DNA of 64,000 bases from Klebsormidium nitens (lineage: Eukaryota > Plantae > Klebsormidiophyceae), in contig DF236950.1 of assembly GCA_000708835.1 (NCBI GenBank), positions 225,355 to 289,354 on the forward strand, in the 5' to 3' direction. The translations under genes were made by a program, and so were the position numbers. This document shows, piece by piece, positions 38,974 through 49,776 of this stretch. The notes below the pieces were generated by a model. It was given only the letters and a program-made list of their open reading frames with translations. It had not been told where the DNA came from and searched no databases. Positions within the stretch are counted from its first letter, which is position 1; each line of letters begins with the position of its first letter.

Positions 38974-41900
38974 CTAAACTGTGCCCTGATCCAGGCACTG
39001 GTTGGCGTGAGCGTTCACAGCTTCCTCGTTGGTGCCAGCAGGGAACCGCTTTTGGCAAAGTGGACAGACTACTGCCTCCTCGGAGGGCTCTTCTTGTCCT
39101 TCCGGATTCTCAGGTGATAAACCAGCTTTTTGCACCCGATCCCCGGCGTCACCGCTTTGATAACTATCTTGAGAAGATAGGGCGAGCACTCTCCGCGAGC
39201 GATTGTGGCCCCCGGAACCGTAACCCTGGCTTTTCGTTTCGGCGGCTGGCAAAACATCCAGTTCGGCAGGCTCTTCGTCCAGACCAGAACGTAATGCAGC
39301 CTGAAGCTCTTCTTCCGTCAGCTTCGCCCCTCTAGTCCGAGCCTCTTCCCAACCTCTGAGCCTGTCTCCGCTTTCCAGCTTGGCCTCAGCTTGCGACTCT
39401 TCATTTCCACTGTCCGATTGTTTCGCGTCGATCTCCGGAGCGACCTTCTCGGCCCCACCTAATCCGTCGCCCCGCGACACGACCGAAGCTTTCCGCATGC
39501 GGATAGCGCCCCCTGATCCGGCCTGCTCTTGCTCCACCGGGCCAGAACTGTCCAGGCGCATCGCCCCCATCTCCTCAGACACGTCGCTCCTCTCTCTTTG
39601 CAAGCCACTGCCCCCAGGCAACTCCATGCTTTCCCCCCCCCTCATTTCCCCGCTGACCTGGCCCCCCTGCGTTGGCTCGCTGCTCCCATCGCCTCCTCCC
39701 ATTTCGGGGCCCACCCTCCGCTGCCGCTTGGATTCCAACCTCCCCTCCCAATCGCCTTCCTCCACAGTCTCCTTCATCCACTGCACACGCCGTTGCCAAT
39801 TAACCTCAAAATTGCCCACGTCAGCAACGCCGATCCCTTGCTTCCGCAGGACACCGTACCGCTCAACCCCTCGCCAGTCGGGATCCTCGAAAGCGACCGG
39901 CTTCTCTAACCCTATCTCCTTCCCCGAGGATCGCTTCCGCTTTTTCCCTCTGCGCGTGTCCTGCAACGACCCCACCCCTTGCTCCGCATCAGCGTCCTCG
40001 TCCAAGTCTATCGTTGCCCCCCCAGACCCAGGAGCTCTATCCCCTGCTATTCCCCCCTGCGCTGCACCCTTCCTCAGAAAGTACTTCCGGATGCCGTCTT
40101 TCTTTTCCGGCTCGCTCTTGACCCCCTCCTCTTTCTCCCACTCCATCTCCTCCCCCCCAGAACATCGTTCTCGTTTCGCTCCGCTCCCGACTTGCTTACT
40201 GGGCCTAGGGTCTAACTCGAGCAAATCTTCCGAGTCGCTCTCTTCTCGAACCACCTTCTTCCCGCTCTTCTTGCGCCGCCTGCCTCGAGTTTTCCGTTCC
40301 CATCGCGTCCGCTTGTTTCGCATTCCCTCCGTCCATTCAGGATCGCTCTCCTCCTCGCTGACGTCACCATCTTGGTCTGAGCCCTCCGAGCCCCTCTCAG
40401 TGCCCGCCCCACCGTTCGCGCGTCCATTGACGCCGTTTTCCTCCGGAGGAGCGACCGCCTGCGCACGTGTTGTGGTGTCGAGGCCCGCCTCCCCGTCAGC
40501 ACGCCCGACCAAACAGCCCTTTCTTCTGAACGCCGGACCATCTTCAGAAGGGGCTCGCACTAACTCTTCGCCTGCAAGTCTTTGCTCACCGCTCGTATTT
40601 TCCACTACCGCCGTCCCAACGTCCTCTTCCAAGGGAAAGACTTCCCAGCCGTCCCCATCAACGACTGGCGCCACGTCCTTCCCCTTGTTTTGAAACTCTG
40701 CTAAGCCCCTGCTCCCGCTACCTCCCTTACTTTCCGGGGTCGACAAATCAAGCCTTGGCACCTTACGCTCCCTCTCTTCCGCCGGCCCCTCCCTCTTCCG
40801 GAAGAACTTGGTAATAGGAGTCGACTCCACCAGGTTTACTTCCTCCCGTTTCGCTCTCGCCGGCTTTCCATCCCCCGACTGCCGAGGCGGCACGGCTTTA
40901 GAACCGGGCTCCAGGTCCTTCGAAACTTCTTTGCCTGGTGAGGCATCCAGATCCACAAACGTCGGGTCACCAGCGACCCCGTTCTTCGGTGCCACCCAGC
41001 CGTTGCCGCGCCGCTGCCGCTTCTTCCCCTCCCCTTCGTCAACCGGCTTCTCGTCTGCAGCGTTGTTTTCCTGCCACCGTTTCTCGGCCGCCTGCGCTGC
41101 TGCGTCGCGGGCGCTTGTTGCAGGTTCCTTGCTCCCTGGCAAGATGTTGGAAGTGTGTGAGTCATCTAAAAAGGTTCTCCCCCCAGAAAAGCAAGCGTAC
41201 ATCCGCCCATTCTGGCAATAGGCGAGGACTTACAGACAATCTTGAGCGGCAGCAACTGCTTCCAAGTTCGGCAAAGCTTCAAGGGTGTGAAAAAGGACGT
41301 CTTGAAATGGAGTTATAGAAGGACGTAAGGGGCCGTTCTTCCATATCGAGCTCGTCAATCCAGGTACAATTCGTCAACACCAGACTTCCGACTTCCGACT
41401 TCCGACCGTCTTTTCGGTACGTCTCGCCTCTTCTGGAATTGGAGAAAAAGACCAACGATTGCAACATAATGCCAAGCGGAGTCTTGTGCAGCTCACCTTT
41501 CTTCACCCATGCATCCAGAGCCCCCTTGCGCCCCGCCCCCTCGCCCGCCTTCTTCTCTGCCCCCTCCTCCCCTTTCCTCTTCTTCCCTTTTCCTTTCTCC
41601 CCATACCCCTCAGGCTCCTCTGTCTTCACAAATGCCCCCCCGCACGTCTTCTCATGCGTATGCCACAAGCAGCGCGAATCCGTGCACTCCGTTCCGGGGG
41701 GCGGTCGCGAGCGGCAGTCGGACGGAGAGGGTGTCCGATTCATGGCGCGGCGCACCTCCCGTCCGCAGGACTGACACGTCCAGGCATGCCGGCGGTGGTG
41801 TTGCACTTCGTCCCGGAATGTGTGGTAGATTCCGATGTCGTATCCGCCAAAGGGACGCTGGTGGTCGTCGATTGGGCTCTGATTGATGCCCTTCATGATT

Positions 41901-43277
41901 GACTGCAGAGGTAGTCACACGTTTCTTACTAAAGTCAGGTACAGAAGCATGGGTGCCCCGAAAATCCGCCGGATTGGCATGCAATCAAAACATGCGTACT
42001 CCTTGTTAAAGCTTCGAGCACAGTCGATTCTCGAAGCCTCTCGCAGGCATCTCTAAACGGCCAAGCTGAATGTGTGTACCCTTTTCGACTTTTCCGATTT
42101 AGAAATTGCAGCGTCTAGTCATCCTTGTCCACAAGCAAAGATATGTGTCGTGATCACCGAAGCAGGAAATGTGCTGCGCCACTGACATCTTCCAAAAAGG
42201 ATGTCTGGAATGACATCCTATGCTGCAATATTGAACAATTGTTGACTTCCAAGCCTTACCTGGAACTGAGGCCCGTGATCTTCATGGTCTCTGATCGTAC
42301 TCGTAAGGAAGATTTTGGCGTGTATCATCTCGTGCAGCAACGTCTCCTTCAGGTCTTTTGGGGGCCGGAACTTGAGCAGCGGCTCAGACAACTTGATGAC
42401 GCAGCCACCACCATTCTGAAGAAGCATCAAATTTGAGAAAACATCGTTCAGCCTCATGACTTGAAGCAAGATATATGTGCGGGCAGCTACAGGGTTTGGA
42501 AGTTGCCGACAAATGGAGCAGAGGAACGAAGTGGCTGCATTTCTTCAGGCTGACTACATCAATCAGACGATGTTTGATGATGAACTCAGTCAAAAAAGCT
42601 TTGATCAGATAGACCATAGGCTTCTCCTGGGGCACTATTTTGATCTGAGAATGATCAATTGCCGGCTGATCAAGAAGTGCGGCATCCTGACAATAGGATA
42701 ATGACCAGATCTCTACTCTCTTAATCCAATCAAGGCATGGGTCACTTTGGCCACTTTTGAGACCTCAACAAGCGCATGATTCTGCTTTTCACCTGGTAGG
42801 AGCAGGTTCCTGCGCAGAGTGTCATCCTCTTGGAGCTCCATTGGACACTGCAGGCCCCAAGAGAGCCCTGCAGTGAAGAAGAGGGGCTGGTGATGCTTCG
42901 AGAATATGCACCACCTTTTTATGGTCAAGTCAGCATGAGATGCGGCATAGGCATGGAAGAAGGGGAACATATTTCCACGAACAGCGAACATTAAGAAGAT
43001 CTCAGCTACAGCATTTGTGGAAGAATGTTGCCCCAGTTGATCATCTCCACCCCAGGGGCAAACAAACAATGAAAGACACCTGTTCTCATCATTTGAATAT
43101 ATGGAAAAACCAATGACTGCAATACATCCAGAAATCCTGCTTCAGCTTCTGGCAAAGCCTTGGGATAGAAGAACTGATTACGCTTACCTGAAAGTACAAA
43201 TCGTTGTAGTGGCAGAAGAGAGCGTGTATATCAGGGCACGGGTCGACTAAGTCGGGGTCAAGTTCTTGAACATCCAT
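38974..43277 (-). CDS. SPRTN: SprT-like DNA-protein crosslink protease Spartan with C-terminal UBZ finger
   Basis: DPCPDIHALFCHYNDLYFQ | WSSKRMTLCAG | IKLSEPLLKFRP..ETLLHEMIHA (HExxH)..DHGPQF | GYDIGIYHTF..WTCQSC..HEKTCGGAFVK, then a long disordered exon ending CPLCQKRF...NAHANQCL. Confidence 0.92.
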
Positions 43278-44054
43278 CGTTCCAGCTTCTCAATTTAACC
43301 CTCTGCAAAGCTGCGATCCTGGTCCTGTATGCCTATTGCTCCCCCGTTTCTGAGAAGAGTCAAAAAAGGGAACAAGAATGATCTTTAAGAATGATCTTTT
43401 GTTCAACGCAGCACCGTACAAGCTACAGCTTAGCGGCTGAAGGGCAACTCAGAGCCATTGATCTACAGATTTGTGAATGGGAGCAATGGACACCGCCACC
43501 GTCAACTTCAATGCAGCTCGCGCCCAAATGCATCATCTCAGTGTTTCCCACTTCCACAACTTTCAGAATCGTTTCTTGGGAAGCCTGGCAGTGTTTCCTT
43601 CCAGGCTTCTTTGCTGGTCATGATTTTAGTGGAGTCCGCCACCACTAGTGCCCCCATGATCCAAGTTTGGGTGCAGCAAGCTCAGAAATTGATCCTCGTG
43701 GTGCCAGCATAATTGGAAGTTGCATGTGGCGCAATAAGTATCTTGAATATTCATACGAGGGGCAGAATTTGAAGTCGTTGCTCAATGCCAGAAGGTTCTT
43801 TCAAATTCTCTCAAAGGTTTTCACTGTTTGGATGGTTTGGACAGCTCACAGTTTAATGTTATTACGCAGTATTTATTAAATGATGATTTTATGATCCATA
43901 CGAGGATGGAATAGCCTTGATACGCGCATGGGCGGAGCCGGTTATGCACGTGAATATTGCAATTGCAAGTTGCATGTTCTTCCTGGGCCTGGGCATCAAT
44001 GCTTGCCCCTGCATTCCTCCCAAGTCCAGCTCACATCCAGGCCAAAGAAAGACG

Positions 44055-45592
44055 ATGCCAATGCCAATGGCCAGTTATTCAAAGGTTTTAGCAAGCGCCC
44101 CGTCCCTCGATTGCTTCCTTTCTCGACCACAGACAACTGTTCAATTTCCAGACAGCCTTATTCCAGGAAGTTTGTCCGGCCCTTCTTCAAGGGCGTTTGT
44201 TGTACGTCACTGCTTCGTTGCACACAACTATCTTGCAGTTTCAAAGCGGAGGAGGAGTCAGAGCACGGGGCTTCCGTGCACTTTGCACCACCATTTGGAA
44301 AAGTCGCCCAGCCGGCCCATCGACTCTAGACGGCTTTCTGGGTTGATACTCGGTAGCATGGAACAAGCTGGAAGCGGGGAAGGAAAGGCTGAAAAGGATG
44401 GCCCTGTGCACGTCCTGACTGCGTCCCCCAGTGCGGTGGGGCCAGCATGGGGCAGACTGGTAGAGAAGCTAGCAGGTATGGTGGTCATCAACTTGTAGAC
44501 AGTGTCTTCTTTCTGCATGCAAAGCCCAGACAAGTCGTGCTGAAATAGATGTTTTGAAAAGTCTAAGAGTCTTACCTCGGAAGGTTTCTGGGTTCGACCT
44601 GATGTTGCTTCCAGCAGGCACGGTCTCTCAAAGCAATCAACTAAAAGATAGAAAGATGAGAGACAGACCGCCAAAAAGACATCTGCTGATCCGAGTAACA
44701 TCACTGCATTGCAGATGCGGGCTTCACTGTACATAAACTCTGGGAGCAAGCCGACGCAGACACTTTCTTTGCAAATGACGGGGACCAGATTAAAGCGGTC
44801 GTTCCGGGCCATGAAGGAGTTAATGGCGAGATGATGGACCGCCTCCCAAACCTTGAGATCATTGCAAACTTTGGCGTTGGGTATGATGCCATCGATGTCA
44901 ACGCTGCCAAAGATAGGGGCATCAGAGTTACAAACACTCCAGATGTGCTGTCAGATGATGTCGCTGATCTTGCTCTAGCTTTAATGCTAGACGTTTCCAG
45001 AAGACTAACTTTGGCGGACAGGTATGTACGTGAGGGCAAGTGGGAAGAAGGTAACTTTCCAATTCAGCGCAAGGTTTCTGGAAAGAAGGTGGGCATCCTG
45101 GGGCTAGGAAGAATAGGCCAGGCAATTGCTTCTCGAGCATCTGCGTTCCACATGAAAGTGGCTTACCACGGCCGGCACGAGAAATCTGGAGTGCCCTACG
45201 AGTATCACTCAAGTCTTGTGGACCTTGCCAAGGCTTGTGACTTTCTTGTGATCGCCTGTCCTGGGGGGGCCTCGACCCGCCACTTAGTCAATAAAGAAGT
45301 TTTGGAGGCGCTTGGGCCTAAAGGATGCCTTGTGAACATAGCTAGGGGGTCAGTGGTCGTTGAGTCAGAGTTAGTGAAAGCATTGGCAGAGGGCAGGCTG
45401 GGCTCAGCCGGTCTTGATGTCTTTGAGGATGAGCCGCGCGTTCCGGAGGAGCTGAGAAAGATGGACAATGTTGTCCTCCAACCACACATTGGCAGCGCTA
45501 CATTTGAGACGAGGGAAGACATGGCAGATCTTGTAGTGCGAAACTTGACAGCCCACTTCAGTGGGAAGGAGCTGCCCACTCCTGTTGCTTGA
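44055..45592 (+). CDS. D-isomer-specific 2-hydroxyacid dehydrogenase (HPPR/glyoxylate-hydroxypyruvate reductase-like), possible transit peptide
   Basis: Two exons with an intron at ~44476-44713. Motifs GVGYDAID, VTNTPDVL, GILGLGRIG, LVNIARG, AGLDVFEDEP and QPHIGSAT. The start is ambiguous (44055 or 44358). Confidence 0.92.
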
Positions 45593-46602
45593 AAATTGAT
45601 TACTTGTTTCCTCACCTTGTATTGCATTGTTTCACCGCCCTGTAACATATGCCAATATTACAAAGGACCATCGTATGTACATGAGCCCGCGGGCTCATCA
45701 ATGGTTGTCATGCCAAAGAATTCAATTGATAATTTATCAACCTTTTGACGTTTTGCTTGCAAGACACCACCCTGCTGCATAGGTGTACAGATGTTATTTG
45801 GGTTGAGGCCGGCTGCGCTGATCACCCACTGAAGCAGGTACCGTGGCAAAACACCACATGAACTGGCAGCCTGTCATTCGGTCCAATGCCCATATCAGAC
45901 ATCGATCCTTAAGAGTGATATAAGTCGACCATTGAAATTGGCATGCCATGTCGGATATCTGTGCCTTTTGAAGCTAGTCTGGCCGCCACCCAAACGCGCA
46001 TTCGAAGATTGCCGATCGCGCCGGCCACATTGGAAACGGGTTTGTATCTTTTGATATACTCTTCAAGCATTGATATATATATGCATTGCATAACGCCTCA
46101 TGCCGGATTCGGGCACTCACTGTCATGGAGTCCTAATGCCCTATACTTACAAATCGCTGATCGAGTCAAAGTTGCTTGCAGTGACGCATTTGCACATGCC
46201 CGCGGCAATGCATATGGTGTGACTCACAGGCTTACCGTCGAGCTAGATAAGTTAGAAATGTGAGTGTGGGCACGGCCCATTTGAAGTCATCTTGTGCTTA
46301 ATGCCCGGGCCACGCCATGCCTCTGGCTAAAGCTGTAATCGGCAAGAGCCACCATGTGACCGTATGGGTGTCCCAACGCTCTATACAATGATCTCGATCT
46401 GACCGCAACAACAGAGAACCACTCGCATTGATTGAAGCAGGGAAAATGGTGGCGTGCCAGATCCGTCTATGCGACTTCACGTGTAAAAGTCGAGGGCTTA
46501 TACTTGGGCGCATACCCAGAACAATTGCCTCGTGCTCCAGCCGATCCCATGCAGTGCCAGCGTGCGGCAACAAGATCAAGGAAACGGTGCAATGACACGT
46601 GC

Positions 46603-48539
46603 TCATGAAAAGTCGTACAGAGCAATGCTTCTGTCGTCCGAGACTGTCACGAGCCTGCTGCCCCCTCGTTGACTTGGCTCCTCCCCAGGCGCCGTCGGCC
46701 GGAACGCCACCCCCCAGACTTGATCCCCATGATCTGACATTACTTGTGCGCACGAGCGTAAGCTAAGGTCCCATAAGCGAACCGTCCTATCACTCGACCC
46801 CGTCACAAGAGCAGTGCCATCGGGACTAACGCTCACTGAAAGGACCCACGAACCGTGGCCCGATAGGGCTGCGATCAGGCCCTTGCCCTCGGCGTCGTAT
46901 ATGTGGCTGTGGCAGTCATCGGAGGCAGTGTAGAGAATTCGGGGCTCAGTGGGCGACCACGCGAGGGAGCGCACGGGCATGTGGTGGCCGTCGAGGGTGT
47001 GCATGAACTTGAGGGTGGCGACGTCGAAGATGGCAATCGTTCCGTCCATTGTGCTGGCGGCTGTACGATCAGAGCAGTGACAGTAGGCTGTTTATCTCGT
47101 TTCTTGGAGCTAAAGGAGGTAAGCAATACTTTTCGAGGAATCCGAGTTGGCTTGACTGCTTACTAAGTTCAGAGGACACTTACTGTGAATTCAGTTCAAA
47201 AAAGGGAATACGACTGACCAGCACTGTTTCCAAATGCGTCACAGGCTTCTTCCCCGCCTCTTCCGGGAATCTGAGACCGTTTTTGAACGCTTTTAGCCCC
47301 TTATCTGGTACACCATGGCTTGGAGAGGTTCGCAAGTTTGGAACAGTCGACATCGATCCCTTCTGATCCGAAGGTTAACCATCGGAGCACTTGAGGGATA
47401 ATATCGCTGACTCTAACGTTCATTCCCACACCACTATACAACAGGTTTGGACACTTGCGCACATAAATCAGTCAAATACTCGGGATCTTGCTTGTTTCAA
47501 GGTACGAAAAGGAGATACCCCTGCACACACCACCCACCTATTCTCCTGCCGTCCATGTTGTACGCCACCGCCAGCACAAACCGCCCCTGCGACCGCTTCG
47601 ACCCCGCTTCCGCCGGCAGCGGGATCTCCAAGTTCCCCTCCTGCTGGAACGTCTCCATCGACCAGAGCTTTACAGTCCCGCTGCCCCCTCCCGCCACCGC
47701 AAGCTGCTTCCCCGAGGGTGAAAACGCGACACCCCACGTCTCTGCCGGCGGGCTTTCCAGCGCGGCTTTCTGCTCATTGGTGCTTACTTCGAACACACGG
47801 ACGATGCTGTCAAGGGAACTAGAGGCGGCAAGAGTGCCAGAGGGGTCGACAGCAACCGAGACGACGCCGAGGGAGTGGCCGGCGTTCGTGCGGTCGGGTT
47901 GGAGGCCACTGTCCCCGACCTGGCAGAAAGTTTCCATTTGAGAATCCTTATCTTTGGTGCGTCAATTGCAGTCAGTATACACAATAATCTTGGACTTCCG
48001 CAACACTTCGTGTCAAAAGTTCTAGGATGGTGGTACTGCACAAGCATGCAAGTTTTGAACGGGGGAGGAATGGCACCCAATGAAATCATGAGAATGTCCT
48101 TGAAAGCCAAACGTCAGGACAGCCAGATTGACGAGCTCCATAACTAAATCATAATGTGGAGAACAGGCAAACAAGTGATGAACGCTTTACTGAGTGCGAT
48201 GCCAGCAATTAGCGCCCCGTTTCAAACGATGCCACTTTCAAACCAGCAAATGGAATCATGTGCGGAATTAGACCAAGCCTGCAAGAGTCCAATCAGCAAC
48301 AAGCTGCAAGTTTCCTGATGCAGTCCTGCCTACATTGCACCAGCTGGCTGCATCTGCTCAAGCGGTGTCTCGGCAGTGGTTTGATAGCGCGCACTGACCT
48401 GCCAGAGCTTCACAGTCTCATCGACTGAGCCGGTCACCACAACCCCGCCAGGCGCGTCCGCTGAGCTTGGCGCCCAGGCTGCAGACCACACCCCATCCTC
48501 GTGCGCATTCTCCTGCTTCCCTAAGAGTGTTAGTTTCAT
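46603..48539 (-). CDS. VIP3: WD40 protein VIP3/SKI8 (WDR61), Paf1C and SKI complex subunit
   Basis: Three exons: MKLTLLGKQENAHEDGVWSAAW..TGSVDETVKLW | ..NAGHSLGVVSV..SSLDSIVRVF..ESPPAETW | ..GHHMPVRSL..GHGSWVLSV..TGSSDRTVRLWD..SDDRSIALYDFS*. It is colinear with Arabidopsis VIP3 as recalled. Confidence 0.95.
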
Positions 48540-49776
48540 TGCAAATGATCCTCCTCCTACAGCATCCAATTGCAGCTCTTCAAGCCGGGTTTGCCCGCCT
48601 GCAAAGAAGGTGCTTGCTCCTCTGAGTCTAAAACTCAATTCCTGGAAGCGGAAGGCCAGCGAATGCACCGTGTGAGCTCGCAAAGCCTCGCATCACAAGC
48701 TCACCTGGCTGCAGCCTGTGCAGGAGGATCCTTTGCCTGGTTTCAGCCTCGTCGAGCTTGACGATCATGGTCGTATCGAAACCGGTAATGGATACGTCCG
48801 GCCTATTACATGTCCATCAAGACTCCGGGTCTGCATTCGACAAGCTGTAAAACTAGTGTGGCGAATCAAATCTGCCGCCATACGAGTATGTTCATGTGTG
48901 TGCTGATCTGGCATGCCAAATCAGCAGAGCTTGACGAACGCTGCGCGCCTGCGCAGCATGGTCGCATGAGCATGGCATTGGAGGCCCTTCTCATTCTTTT
49001 GTATTATCAGTGGCAGGCAAGGGCCAACAGAAAGTCCCTGCCACAAGGAAAGGGGTCCCGTTTCTTCAGGCAGCAGGGCAGCTGTGGAGAATGCTGCAGG
49101 GATTCTGCAGGAAGTATATAAATGACAATGCTGGGGCTGGGAAGAGCTGGTTGGCGGCAGCGGGCATCGGAGGGGTGCAGCTTTAAGATTGGCAGAATGC
49201 AGAGACAATTGATCCACGCGTCCAGGTAAGCTTTGATTGGCCCACGGTCATCTTTCGAATCTTGAGAAGAAAGTTGCGGCCTTGATACATCTACTGGCAT
49301 GTTTGAGACACTTGCCTCGTTGGGCTCATGTAAATTGCAGTTGGTCAACGTTCATGCGCAGCATTTTGTGAGCAAGAGCTTTGTGCAACTTAGTTGCATG
49401 CTCTCCTCGCGCTGGCCTGTGCAAGTATGCTCATTTGCTGCGTAAACAAGACGCTGATGTTCACCAATTAGTGAGAAACTTTTTGGACGTCAAGTTTCTC
49501 ACTAAGTACTGGCATGCCTTTCCCTCTATTGCTCGTTAGAGGCCCCTGCAACTGTTTCATAATCGTCAGTGTGGTTTTGAGGGCAAGCACTCATTTTTGC
49601 GGCAGCAGGTGGAAGTCAACATCCTTGTGACACAAAGGATCTGGCTCCATTCATTCTGGCCTACTCAAGGGTCGCTTGAATTCGGTCAGATGCTTTCATT
49701 CCCTAAAGACGGAAATGCCATTTGATACGTTACAGTGTGATCTCACTTTCAGCAGTGTTGAATCTGGAGCTCCTGC

